From contig OZ242180.1 in NCBI GenBank assembly GCA_965205485.1, forward strand, positions 640,001 to 704,000: a stretch of DNA of 64,000 bases. The letters run 5' to 3'. The notes under the pieces are model-generated. The model worked only from the letters and a program-made list of their open reading frames with translations, was not told the origin of the DNA and ran no database searches. Of this stretch, positions 8,797-18,717 are shown piece by piece; the first letter of the stretch is position 1, and the number at the start of each line of letters is the position of its first letter. The stretch is from Candidatus Latescibacterota bacterium. Lineage in GTDB: Bacteria > Latescibacterota > UBA2968 > GCA-2709665. The position numbers and the translations under genes were made by a program.

Positions 8797-11568
8797 ATGC
8801 CACCCGCCAACGAAGCGATCCGCATTAGAGGCGCCCGCCAGCATAACCTGCGGGACCTCAATCTCGACATTCCCAAGAACCGGTTCGTGGTCATCACGGG
8901 ACCGTCCGGCTCAGGGAAATCCTCGCTTGCATTCGACACCATCTACGCCGAAGGACAACGCAGGTACGTCGAGGCGATGTCCGCCCACGCGCGACGGTTC
9001 CTGGAGGTGATGGAACGACCGGACGTGGACAGCATCGACGGCCTTTCTCCCGCAGTCGCGATTCAGCAGCGCCGTGCCTCGGGAAGCGCCAGGTCCACGG
9101 TCGGGACCCTTACGGAAATCCACGACCATCTGAGAATCCTGTTCGCGCGTGCCGGTCGGCCGCATTGCCCGAACTGCGGCGAACTCCTTGCATCCCAGAC
9201 CGTGGGCGAGATTGTCGACGCCGTACTGGCCCTGCCCGACGGCGCGCGTCTTCGGATTCTGGCGCCACGGATTCGAGAACGAAAGGGTGGTTTCGATCAG
9301 GAACTGGAACGTCTTCGGCGAGACGGATACGTACGCGTGCGAATCGACGGAGACGAACGCGCCCTGGACGAAGAAATCCGCCTTGACCCAACGAAACCGC
9401 ACACGATCGAAGCGATTGTAGACCGCCTGGTCGTCCGCCAGAAGATTGAACGCCGGCTGGCCGACTCACTGGAAACCGCCCTTTCGCTTTCCGGTGGTAC
9501 GGTCGTCCTGGATATCCTCGAAGGCCGCGAGTTGCACTTTTCCACCCGGCTGATCTGCAGAAACTGCGACATCGGCTTTGTTGAACCGTCCCCTCGTCTG
9601 TTCTCGTTCAACGGTCCGCACGGCGCCTGTCCGGCCTGTAACGGAATGGGCGTGAGGACAGAAATCGACCCCGATACCGTCGTCCCGGACCCGCGCCGAT
9701 CCATCGCCGAGGGCGCCATTGCGCCCTGGGGCGTCCCCAAGGGCCGTGCGACCCTCGATCTGCTCAAACGGCTTTCGGAACGATTTCGTCTCGATCTCGC
9801 CGCGCCGTTCTCGTCCCTGCCGCCCGAAGCGAAGGAAGCCATTCTGTCGGGCGATCGCACTCTGGGCTACGAAGGCGTAATCCCTTCCCTGAAAAAAAGG
9901 CTTGCGGATGCCGGGTCGGACAACGCCGGATCGAGGCGGGACCCGTATGCCCGTACCGTCGACTGTTCCGACTGCGGCGGCGCCAGATTGAGAGCGGAGG
10001 CCCTCGCGGTCAGGATCGAGGGCATGAACATCGCGCAGGTCTCTGCCCTGAGCGTCGATGAAGCCATTGATTTCACGGATCGCCTGGAGGGCAGATTACA
10101 TCCTCGTGACGTCGTTGACCCCATCCTTCTCGAGATCCGCAACCGGCTGGTCTTCCTTAGGGAGGTGGGCGTGGGCTATCTCACCCTGGAACGAAACGTC
10201 GCCTCGCTCTCGGGCGGCGAAACACAGCGGATCCGCATGGCCACGCAGATCGGCGCCCGCCTGTCCGGAGTACTCTACGTTCTGGACGAACCCAGTGTCG
10301 GGTTGCACCCCCGGGACAATCGGAAGCTGATCCATACGCTCGAAACGCTCCGCAACCAGGGCAATACCGTTCTGGTGGTGGAGCACGATCGGGAAACCAT
10401 GCTGGCCGCGGACCATCTGATCGACCTCGGTCCGGGAGCGGGCGAGCAGGGCGGCGAACTGATGGCGGAAGGCGCGGCCCGGGATATCATGGCCGCAGGA
10501 GAATGCCTCACGGGCGCGTATCTGTCCGGACGGAAGACTATTCCTCCGCCTCCCGACAGACGGAAACCCACCGGCAGGATCGTATTAAAGGGCGCGAGAG
10601 GTCACAATCTCAAGTCCATCGACGTTTCCCTCCCGCTGGGCATTCTTGTGTGCGTCACCGGGGTTTCCGGGTCGGGCAAGAGCACGCTGATCAACGGGAC
10701 GCTTTACCCGGCACTGGCGAACATGCTGCACAACGCCTCCGCCGAACCTCTTCCGCACGACGGTATCGAGGGCCTGTCGCAAATCGACAAGATCATTCGT
10801 ATCGATCAGGCGCCCATCGGCCGCACGCCCAGGTCGAACCCGGCCACCTACACCGACCTCTTCTCGGACATCCGCGACCTCTACGCGCAGTTGCCGGAAT
10901 CCAGGGTTCGTGGCTATACACCCGGTCGTTTCAGTTTCAACCTCAAGGGCGGCCGCTGCGAGCCCTGCCAGGGCGACGGCCTCAGACGGATCGAAATGCA
11001 CTTCCTTCCCGACGTCTACGTGACCTGCGAGGCCTGCGGCGGCAGCCGGTACAACAGGGAAACCCTGGAAATCCGTTACAAGGGCTGCACGATCGCCGAC
11101 GTTCTGAATATGACGGCGGAGAGGGCGCTCACCTTTTTCAGGGACATACCGGGCGCAAGCCGGAAACTGAAGACGCTTTCGGAAGTCGGCCTGGGATACA
11201 TCCGTCTGGGCCAATCGGCAACCGCCCTCTCCGGAGGCGAGGCGCAACGCATAAAGCTGGCCGCCGAACTTTCCCGTGTGGCGACCGGAAAAACCATGTA
11301 TATTCTGGACGAACCCACAACCGGGCTGCACTTCGAGGACATCCGGTCGCTCATTGCCGTTCTCGACCGGCTGGTGGACAGGGGCAACTCCGTCGTTGTC
11401 ATCGAACACAACCTGGATGTGGTGAAACGGGCGGACTGGATTGTCGACCTCGGCCCCGACGGCGGCGATTCCGGCGGCCGGATTGTTGCCGAGGGTCACC
11501 CGGAACGCATCACCGCGGCGCCGGCCTCCCACACGGGCCGCTTTCTTAAAGAGGTGATCGAATCATGA
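8797..11568 (+). CDS. uvrA: Excinuclease ABC subunit A
   Basis: IRGARQHNL, GPSGSGKSSLAFDTIYAEGQRRY, zinc fingers, two ABC modules. Start moved to ATG 8797 because the ORF-track extension overlaps the tRNA-like gene. Confidence 0.97.
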   Translation: MPPANEAIRIRGARQHNLRDLNLDIPKNRFVVITGPSGSGKSSLAFDTIYAEGQRRYVEAMSAHARRFLEVMERPDVDSIDGLSPAVAIQQRRASGSARSTVGTLTEIHDHLRILFARAGRPHCPNCGELLASQTVGEIVDAVLALPDGARLRILAPRIRERKGGFDQELERLRRDGYVRVRIDGDERALDEEIRLDPTKPHTIEAIVDRLVVRQKIERRLADSLETALSLSGGTVVLDILEGRELHFSTRLICRNCDIGFVEPSPRLFSFNGPHGACPACNGMGVRTEIDPDTVVPDPRRSIAEGAIAPWGVPKGRATLDLLKRLSERFRLDLAAPFSSLPPEAKEAILSGDRTLGYEGVIPSLKKRLADAGSDNAGSRRDPYARTVDCSDCGGARLRAEALAVRIEGMNIAQVSALSVDEAIDFTDRLEGRLHPRDVVDPILLEIRNRLVFLREVGVGYLTLERNVASLSGGETQRIRMATQIGARLSGVLYVLDEPSVGLHPRDNRKLIHTLETLRNQGNTVLVVEHDRETMLAADHLIDLGPGAGEQGGELMAEGAARDIMAAGECLTGAYLSGRKTIPPPPDRRKPTGRIVLKGARGHNLKSIDVSLPLGILVCVTGVSGSGKSTLINGTLYPALANMLHNASAEPLPHDGIEGLSQIDKIIRIDQAPIGRTPRSNPATYTDLFSDIRDLYAQLPESRVRGYTPGRFSFNLKGGRCEPCQGDGLRRIEMHFLPDVYVTCEACGGSRYNRETLEIRYKGCTIADVLNMTAERALTFFRDIPGASRKLKTLSEVGLGYIRLGQSATALSGGEAQRIKLAAELSRVATGKTMYILDEPTTGLHFEDIRSLIAVLDRLVDRGNSVVVIEHNLDVVKRADWIVDLGPDGGDSGGRIVAEGHPERITAAPASHTGRFLKEVIES

Positions 11569-12206
11569 TCCGCATCGACTTCGGCACCCTGTACGAATTT
11601 GAACGGGAAGACAATAATCGCCGGCGGGAAAACCGGAAAAAGATCCAGGACTTTCTCAGCCTGTGCGAGACCCACCAGGCCACCATTGTCGAGCAGCGGG
11701 ACTGGAACACGCGCGACCTCATCCACTTCCTGGGCATCTCGCCCAACCTGGTCTTCACCATTACGATATCGGAAAAATACCTGGGCGTTCAAACCAGCCA
11801 GATTCGCGAGAAATTTCAGACGTTCCGGGCCGAATACGTCTCCGTACCGGACCGGCAGGCGATATCTCTCGAGCAGCCACCGGCGGAAAAGCTGGGCCTT
11901 CACGACGTTGTGAACTGCCCGTCCTGCGGGAAGAACACGCCCTACGACGGGTACTTTCAGCACTGTGTGCGCTGCGGCGAAAAGCTGGATACGATGGTGA
12001 AGTCATGCAAAACCTGCACGAACGGCGTCCTCTATCATCCCTCGTACGCCTGCTGCCCCATCTGCGGCAGTGAATTGCAACCGGATTACGACAGCCCCCC
12101 TCTGAACGAGCTGGACCCCCACGGCCTGATCTGGGGCATCTCGAACAAAGAAGAAACCGCCGAAGAGGGCGAAGACCTCTTCGGCGGCGGCGGTCCGCTT
12201 GGGTAG
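11565..12206 (+). CDS. Hypothetical protein with C-terminal double zinc ribbon
   Basis: CPSC, CVRC, CKTC, CPIC; ATGA overlap with the uvrA stop. Confidence 0.75.
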   Translation: MIRIDFGTLYEFEREDNNRRRENRKKIQDFLSLCETHQATIVEQRDWNTRDLIHFLGISPNLVFTITISEKYLGVQTSQIREKFQTFRAEYVSVPDRQAISLEQPPAEKLGLHDVVNCPSCGKNTPYDGYFQHCVRCGEKLDTMVKSCKTCTNGVLYHPSYACCPICGSELQPDYDSPPLNELDPHGLIWGISNKEETAEEGEDLFGGGGPLG

Positions 12207-12239
12207 GATCGGTCCGAACCCGTCATTCCCGCTTCCCTT

Positions 12240-12812
12240 TCACAAACCCTCGCCCATATCGAATTCGAAGTTATTCTCTGCGTCGGCAAGCGCTGGGAGT
12301 TCCAGGTCCTTTCCTGACAGGATCGGATCGGATACCGGCCAGTCGATGCCGACGGCCGGATCGTTCCACAGGATGCCCCGGTCCAGGTCGGGCGCAAACT
12401 CCGCCGTGACCTTGTAGACAAACTCCGCCTCGTCGCTCAGCACGCAGAACCCGTGCGCAAAACCCTCCGGAACGTAGAACATCCTGAAATTCCCTTCCGA
12501 CAGCACAACCCCCTCCCACTTTCCGAAGGTGGGCGCATTCCTGCGGATATCCACGGCAACGTCGAACACCTCGCCCCTGACAACCCGCACCAGCTTGGCC
12601 TGCGCCGCGGGATGCAGTTGATAGTGCATTCCCCTCAGAACGCCCCTTTCCGAATGGGAATGGATATCCTGTACGAACTCGGCGGCAATTCCGTTGGCCT
12701 CGAAATCCGACTTCTTGTAGGACTCCATCAGAAAACCGCGACTGTCCTCGAAGACCCGGGGTTCAACCAGAATAAGGCCGGAAATTCCCAGTCTTTCGAA
12801 CCTGAACGGCAT
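12240..12812 (-). CDS. rfbC: dTDP-4-dehydrorhamnose 3,5-epimerase
   Basis: FEDSRGFLMESY, GVLRGMHYQ, DVAVDIR, GFAHGF. Confidence 0.95.
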   Translation of the reverse strand: MPFRFERLGISGLILVEPRVFEDSRGFLMESYKKSDFEANGIAAEFVQDIHSHSERGVLRGMHYQLHPAAQAKLVRVVRGEVFDVAVDIRRNAPTFGKWEGVVLSEGNFRMFYVPEGFAHGFCVLSDEAEFVYKVTAEFAPDLDRGILWNDPAVGIDWPVSDPILSGKDLELPALADAENNFEFDMGEGL

Positions 12813-12848
12813 ACAGTTTCCTTTCGAGGCAAGTCCGCACGACCCGGA

Positions 12849-13883
12849 TCATGACTTCCGGGACGTCGCCTGCTTCCATTCTTCCTCGTCCACGTCCAGA
12901 CGTTTCAGCAGAGGTTCCCACCACGCCCGGTTATCGGTGTACCAGAGCACCGTCTCTTTGAATCCGCGTTCAAATGAAATTTCCGGACGCCAATCGAGTT
13001 GCGTGCGCAGCTTGTTCGAATCGAGAAGGTATCTGCGGTCGTGTCCGGGGCGGTCCGGAACGTAGACCTTGTGGGATCGGTCCAGCCCGAGTACATCCAG
13101 AATGGTGTCCGCGATCGTCTCCACGTCCACCTCCATGCCGCTGCCGACGTTGTACGTCTCCCCGATTATACCCCGTTTCAGGATCAGGTCGATCGCCCGG
13201 CAATGGTCCTCCACATGCAGCCACTCCCGCTTGTTCCGGCTGCTCTTGTAGAGCGTCATCTTCTTTCCGTCGAGCAACTGCGTGACGAACAGCGGGACTA
13301 CCTTTTCCGGGAACTGATACGGCCCGTAGTTGTTCGCGCAATTGGAAATCGTAACCGGCAACCCGAACGTGAGATGGTACGCCCGAACCGCCAGATCGGC
13401 CGCCGCTTTCGATGCGTTGTAAGGCGTACGCGGCTGATACGGGTCCGTCTCCGAAAAGCTCGCTTCAGAGTCCAGCGGCAGGTCCCCGTAGACCTCGCAG
13501 GTGGAAATGTGGTGAAACCTGGGCACTCCTGCGTCGTGAGCCGCCCGCAGGAGACGCTGGGTCCCAAGCACGTTGGTTTCGAAGAAGACGTCGGGATTGA
13601 CCACAGCGCGGCTGTTGTGCGACTCGGCGGCGAAGTTCACGATGCAGTCCGGCTTGTGCCGCTCGAGAAGGTCCCGCGTCATCCCGTAGTCGCCGATATC
13701 GCCCTGAACGAACTCGTACCTGCCGGCACAGGCGCCGGCCACGTCGGCCAGGTTTTCCGGAATCCCCGCGTACGTGAGCAGATCGTAATTGATGACGGTG
13801 TCGTCCGGGTACCTGGACAACCAGTACCGAATGAAGTTCGATCCGATGAACCCTGCCCCGCCCGTCACGAATATCCTGCCCAT
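12849..13883 (-). CDS. rfbB: dTDP-glucose 4,6-dehydratase
   Basis: TGGAGFIGSNF, FAAESH, YNASKA, NNYGPYQFPEK, DRPGHDRRY. Confidence 0.95.
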   Translation of the reverse strand: MGRIFVTGGAGFIGSNFIRYWLSRYPDDTVINYDLLTYAGIPENLADVAGACAGRYEFVQGDIGDYGMTRDLLERHKPDCIVNFAAESHNSRAVVNPDVFFETNVLGTQRLLRAAHDAGVPRFHHISTCEVYGDLPLDSEASFSETDPYQPRTPYNASKAAADLAVRAYHLTFGLPVTISNCANNYGPYQFPEKVVPLFVTQLLDGKKMTLYKSSRNKREWLHVEDHCRAIDLILKRGIIGETYNVGSGMEVDVETIADTILDVLGLDRSHKVYVPDRPGHDRRYLLDSNKLRTQLDWRPEISFERGFKETVLWYTDNRAWWEPLLKRLDVDEEEWKQATSRKS

Positions 13884-13892
13884 ATTGGACCC

Positions 13893-14870
13893 CTATAAGA
13901 ACAATACCCCGGTTAAAGCCAGGTACGCCCCGTACATCGCAAGCAACACGACGCCCTCGAGCCGGGTCAGCCGGTGCCCTGTGCGCATCATGATGAGCAT
14001 CGCGAAGACGATCACCAGCATCGCTGGAAATGAAAAGTGGATTACCTTTTGCGTCACCACGAGCGGATTGACCACCGCGGATGCGCCGGCGATCCAGCAG
14101 ATATTCAGGATATCCGCTCCCAGGATATTGCCGACCACAATCTCGCCGTGCCCTCTCCTGGCAGCCGTGACCCCGGTGGCGATCTCCGGCAACGACGTGC
14201 CGATGGCAATCACCGTAAGCGCAATCACCGCTTCGCTGACGTCCAACGCCTTGGCGATGACCACGGCGGATTCCACGATAAAATGACTCGAAATCAGCAC
14301 CCCCACCAGCCCCACGCAGAACCAGAGCATCAATGTCCCGAGACCTCGACCCTCAATGGACGCTTCGATCTCCCTGAGATCCTCCATTCGGTTCCCTTCG
14401 GCCTTGGATGAACGACTGCGCGTGACATAGGTAAAGACCGTGTATGCCACGAAGAGCAGGAGCAGTACGCCGCCCTCGATCCGGTCCAGAGTACCGTCGA
14501 ACGCCATCGCGTAAGCCGCCAGGTCCACGACGATCAGGAAGATCCCTGTCGTCCACAGCAGAAATGGATTGATGAGGATGGGCGACCCGGCCACGAGGAC
14601 GCCCAGCGCGAGCGCGACGCCGTCGTCCACGATCACCGACCCAATGGCGTTTCCAAGCGCCATTTCAGGATGGCCCTCGAGTGCGGCAAGCACGGAAACG
14701 GCCAGTTCGGGCGAGGTCGTCGCCAGGCTCACCAGCACGATGCCGATCAGCATTTTCGGCACATTCAGGTACTCGGCAATCCCTACGGCTCCGTCCACAA
14801 ACCAGGACGCGCACTTGGAAAGCACCACGAAACACACCGCCAGAACGCCGACTGCAACCGTTATACTCAT
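13893..14870 (-). CDS. Calcium/sodium antiporter (YrbG/CaCA family)
   Basis: Alpha repeats ATTSPEL...GNAIGS and GTSLPEI...GNILGA. Confidence 0.9.
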   Translation of the reverse strand: MSITVAVGVLAVCFVVLSKCASWFVDGAVGIAEYLNVPKMLIGIVLVSLATTSPELAVSVLAALEGHPEMALGNAIGSVIVDDGVALALGVLVAGSPILINPFLLWTTGIFLIVVDLAAYAMAFDGTLDRIEGGVLLLLFVAYTVFTYVTRSRSSKAEGNRMEDLREIEASIEGRGLGTLMLWFCVGLVGVLISSHFIVESAVVIAKALDVSEAVIALTVIAIGTSLPEIATGVTAARRGHGEIVVGNILGADILNICWIAGASAVVNPLVVTQKVIHFSFPAMLVIVFAMLIMMRTGHRLTRLEGVVLLAMYGAYLALTGVLFL

Positions 14871-14955
14871 ATAAAACAATCCTTTATTAGTCCAAACAGA
14901 CACTCACCATCTGGCCCGTGCAGGGGGCTCCGACGACGGTGGCGAAACGCGCCGC

Positions 14956-17277
14956 TCATCTGCCGGCCACCCGCGCCACCCAGATGCTGAATTCGTAGAG
15001 CAGCACCAGCGGCAGCGCCATCATCAGCTGGGAGATCGGATCCGGCGGCGTGAGCAACGCCGCCAGTACAAAGCCGATCACCACTGCATACCTCCTGCCG
15101 CGGCGCATCAGTTGCGCGGTCAGCAGGCCGATCCGGCTCAGGAAGAACGCCGCCACCGGCAGCTCGAACACGACGCCGAAGGCAACCAGCAGTCTCAACA
15201 CGAAACCGATGTAGAAGCCGATGTCGAACTGCGGGTCGACTCCGGTCCCTTCGCCGATCAGAATCAGGAATCGAAAGGACAGCGGCACCACGCTCACGTA
15301 AGCGATAGCGCCACCCAGGACAAAACAGATCGACGATGAAAAGACGATGAAAGATACGTACCGCCGCTCGGTTGTCAACAGACCCGGCGCAACGAAGATC
15401 CACAGTTGATACAGGAGAACCGGCAGCGCCAGGACCGCGCCGCCAACAAGGGCGATCTGAAGTTTAACGAGAAACATCCCCATTGGTTTCAGATAAATCA
15501 GCTTGACAGGCGGCTCAACGGGCGCCACCCCCAACAGCTTCATGACCGGGGTCGCCTCCCGGACCGGCAACACGAGCCACCCAAGTATATTGTCAGAAAA
15601 TATCCCGCAGATCACCGCGCCCACAGCGAGCGCGGCCAACCCCTTCAGCAGACGCCAGCGGAGTTCCTCCAGATGGTCCAGAAAGGGCATCGGTCTGTCG
15701 TCTGCGCCCGAAGCCGGTTCCGGCGCGGGTTCCGCGGACATGTCCGAATCGGGGGGCAGAATGGAATGCTCTGCAACCACCGCGCGACGCCGGAAGGCCA
15801 TCAACACCAGGACCGCGCCCAGGACCAGGCAGAGCTGCGAGAAAAGGTCTCCGTTTCTCGTATAAAATGTCTTTGCGGTTCGCGGCGTCACCCCCTGAGT
15901 CAAAACTGCCGGATGGAAGATCCCCGTTGTCCCCGACTTCCGTCCCCATGCGTCGATAAACGTGGAAACGCCGGTGTTCGCGCAGCGCACAACCGCCCGC
16001 CGGTTCTCAATGGCGCGAAATACCGCGGCCTCGGCGTGCTGAAAGGGTCCGGAGGTCCGACCGAACCAGCCGTCGTTGGTGATGATCACCAGGAATTCAG
16101 CGCCCAGATCCACGAATGACCTGACGAATCCCGGAAAGACCGAATCGTAACAGATCAACGCGGAAAATCGCGCGCCGGGGCCGTTGAAGACCGTGCGGGT
16201 CTCTCCGGAATCCCAGTTCCCACCCACGAATCCGCCGCCGGTGAACCGGATTTTTCGCAAAAAGGGAAGTATTTCCGGGAACGGCGCCCGTTCGCCGAAG
16301 GGCACCAGGCGAGTCTTGTCGTAGTATCCGGAGATCCCCTTTCCGGGCACGAACAGAAAAGAGGAGTTGAACACCTTCACCGGTTCGCCGGCTTCCAGTC
16401 TGTAGGCACCCGTATAAAGGTAGATGCCGAGCGAGTCCACCATGGCCTGCACCCGCTCGCGATGGCGCCGGTACAGCTCCCCTTCAAGGTAACCGACCGC
16501 CGTCTCGGGCCACACGACCAGCCGTGCCCCCTGACTCGCGGCTTCCGCGGTCATCGGCTTCAGTTTGCCGAAATTATAGTCGAATCCCCGGTATTCCTTG
16601 GCCACCGGGGGCATATCCGGCTGGACCAGGCCCACCGCCACGGCCTGTTCGTCCGGATCGTTCTTCAACGCCAGATACCCGTTCGCCGCCGGTCCCGCAA
16701 AGAGTACGGCCAATGCGGCTGCCCACACCCGGCGCCGCGCCCGGTTCCTCCAGAGCATCATGATGCTCAGATTGACAAGCACAATCCAGAACGACACCCC
16801 GTACACGCCCGTAACTTCCGCGTACTGGATCAGCCTCAGATAGGCCGTCTGCGAGTTTCCCAGCACCACCCAGGGAAACCCCATGTCGCCCAGAGAGTTG
16901 AAATACTCGAACCCGACCCAGAGGAAGGGCGCGCTCCACATCCCCGCAATGCCGTACCGCCTGACCACGCGGGCGAACGTCCACAGGAACAGTCCGCGGA
17001 ACAGGGACATGTAAATCGCCGCCCCGGCCATGCCTGGCGGCGTGATCGATCCGATCCAATAGAGTGTCGTCCCGTAGAAGAAAATCCCCTGGACGAACCC
17101 GGCGCCGAAGGCCTCCCGGCCGCGCACCCGTTCCGCGGAGAACAACAGCGGAATCAGCGCGACGTAAGACAGGAAGCCCAGAGGCAGCGGTGGAAACGCC
17201 GCGCCGAGGACAAGGCCCGAGACCGCAGGAAACAACACCATCCATTTCCAGTCCGTTCCCTGTCGTGCCTCGGTCAT
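14956..17277 (-). CDS. lnt-tatC: Fusion of apolipoprotein N-acyltransferase (Lnt) and Tat translocase subunit TatC
   Basis: Lnt triad motifs VVWPETA, YDKTRLVPFGE, LICYDS, plus TNDGWFG. From residue 530, TatC motifs MPFLDHLEELRWRL, YQLWIFVAPGL, FELP, TPPDPISQ. One 773-aa frame. Confidence 0.92.
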   Translation of the reverse strand: MTEARQGTDWKWMVLFPAVSGLVLGAAFPPLPLGFLSYVALIPLLFSAERVRGREAFGAGFVQGIFFYGTTLYWIGSITPPGMAGAAIYMSLFRGLFLWTFARVVRRYGIAGMWSAPFLWVGFEYFNSLGDMGFPWVVLGNSQTAYLRLIQYAEVTGVYGVSFWIVLVNLSIMMLWRNRARRRVWAAALAVLFAGPAANGYLALKNDPDEQAVAVGLVQPDMPPVAKEYRGFDYNFGKLKPMTAEAASQGARLVVWPETAVGYLEGELYRRHRERVQAMVDSLGIYLYTGAYRLEAGEPVKVFNSSFLFVPGKGISGYYDKTRLVPFGERAPFPEILPFLRKIRFTGGGFVGGNWDSGETRTVFNGPGARFSALICYDSVFPGFVRSFVDLGAEFLVIITNDGWFGRTSGPFQHAEAAVFRAIENRRAVVRCANTGVSTFIDAWGRKSGTTGIFHPAVLTQGVTPRTAKTFYTRNGDLFSQLCLVLGAVLVLMAFRRRAVVAEHSILPPDSDMSAEPAPEPASGADDRPMPFLDHLEELRWRLLKGLAALAVGAVICGIFSDNILGWLVLPVREATPVMKLLGVAPVEPPVKLIYLKPMGMFLVKLQIALVGGAVLALPVLLYQLWIFVAPGLLTTERRYVSFIVFSSSICFVLGGAIAYVSVVPLSFRFLILIGEGTGVDPQFDIGFYIGFVLRLLVAFGVVFELPVAAFFLSRIGLLTAQLMRRGRRYAVVIGFVLAALLTPPDPISQLMMALPLVLLYEFSIWVARVAGR

Positions 17278-17345
17278 CGTGCCTTTTCCTCCGAACCCGC
17301 CTGCCGGAACGTCGCCGGCAGCGGTCTGAAGATTCAGATTGGATT

Positions 17346-17389
17346 AAAGAAAAACCGGTTGGCCGCAAGCTGTGAGTCCCGCCAACCGG
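17346..17389 (-). terminator. Terminator-like hairpin in the leader upstream of lnt-tatC
   Basis: CCGGTTGGC/GCCAACCGG 9-bp stem followed on the minus strand by TTTTTCTTT. Confidence 0.55.
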
Positions 17390-17421
17390 AATGGTTGAAC
17401 CCCACCCAAAAATCACGTTAG

Positions 17422-17449
17422 AATATAAACGAACGGACCCTTTTGTCAA
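17422..17449 (-). promoter_or_regulatory. Putative sigma70 promoter upstream of lnt-tatC
   Basis: Minus strand TTGACA-16 bp-TATATT. Confidence 0.55.
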
Positions 17450-17553
17450 ACCGGTACCATGGCCTCCCCTTTGCTTGACAAGCCAGGGGGATTTCCATAA
17501 TTTCCGTCCACATTTCATCCCCATTAACCCTGTGATTCATCGGTATCCTGACA

Positions 17554-18717
17554 GTGCTTCCCCATCTCGACACGGAGCTGGACAGTCTCAGATCCCACGG
17601 GCTCCACCGCAGCCTCCGCCTCGTGGAGGGTGCGCAGGGTCCCCGGGTCCGCATCGACGGCAAAGAACGCCTCCTTTTCTGTTCCAACAACTACCTCGGG
17701 CTTGCAAACCACCCGGCGCTCAAGGACGGCGCGGACGCTGCGCTGCATTCGTACGGATTGAGCGCTGCTGCCTCCCGGCTCATATCCGGAAACATGGAAC
17801 CCCACCGGATACTGGAACACCGGATGGCGCATTTCCTGGGTACGGAATCCGCACTCTGCTTTCCCACCGGATACATGGCGAACCTTGGCGTCGTTAGCGC
17901 CCTCGTCGGCGCTGAAGACGCAATTTTCAGCGACCGACTGAACCATCGCAGCATCATCGACGCTTGCCGGCTCTCCCGGGCGAAGACGTTCGTCTATCGC
18001 CACCGGGACGTGGACCATCTGGAATGCCTTCTCGGTTCCCAGCGTGAGTACCGGCGCCGGCTGATCGTCAGCGACGGGTTGTTCAGCATGGATGGAGACC
18101 TGGCGCCTCTCCCGGGGCTCGTGGAGGCAGCCCACCGGCACTGTGCCATCCTGATGGTTGACGACGCCCACGGGACCGGGGTCCTGGGCGCTTCCGGCCG
18201 GGGCATACACGAACACTTCGGCATCACGCAAGGCATCGACGTTCTGACGACCTCCGGCAGCAAGGCCCTCGGCGCGTACGGCGGATTCGTCGCCGGAAAC
18301 GAGAAACTCGTCGACCTGCTGATCAATCGGGCCGCGGCATTTATCTTCACCTCGGCCCTGCCGCCCGACGCCTGCGCGGCAGCGACGACTGCATTGGCGT
18401 TGATCGAAACCTGTCCGGACCTTCGGGAAGACCTCTGGCGTAACGTCCATACCGTACAAGACGCCCTGGATGACCTCGGCTTCGATATCATGGACTCCCG
18501 ATCCCAGATTGTTCCGGTCCTTATCGGCGACGCGGCACGTACGATGGCGATTTCCGACCACCTCTTCGAGGAGGGCGTCTACCTCAGCGGCATCCGGCCG
18601 CCAACCGTACCCGATGGTGAGAGCCGCCTCCGGCTTACGCTGATGGCCGACCACAGCGATGATGATATCAACCGTCTCATCCATGCGATGGCAGATGTTC
18701 GTGAGGCCTTTTTTTAA
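17554..18717 (+). CDS. bioF: 8-amino-7-oxononanoate synthase (alpha-oxoamine synthase family)
   Basis: FCSNNYLGLA, TGYMANLG, LNHRSIIDA, SMDGD, DDAHG, SKALG, IRPPTVP. Confidence 0.85.
   Translation: MLPHLDTELDSLRSHGLHRSLRLVEGAQGPRVRIDGKERLLFCSNNYLGLANHPALKDGADAALHSYGLSAAASRLISGNMEPHRILEHRMAHFLGTESALCFPTGYMANLGVVSALVGAEDAIFSDRLNHRSIIDACRLSRAKTFVYRHRDVDHLECLLGSQREYRRRLIVSDGLFSMDGDLAPLPGLVEAAHRHCAILMVDDAHGTGVLGASGRGIHEHFGITQGIDVLTTSGSKALGAYGGFVAGNEKLVDLLINRAAAFIFTSALPPDACAAATTALALIETCPDLREDLWRNVHTVQDALDDLGFDIMDSRSQIVPVLIGDAARTMAISDHLFEEGVYLSGIRPPTVPDGESRLRLTLMADHSDDDINRLIHAMADVREAFF

Noticed and set aside
17443..17481. TTGTCAA-N25-TTGACAA as a BirA operator upstream of bioF
   Set aside because: The spacing is too long for the BirA consensus; two divergent -35 boxes explain it more simply.
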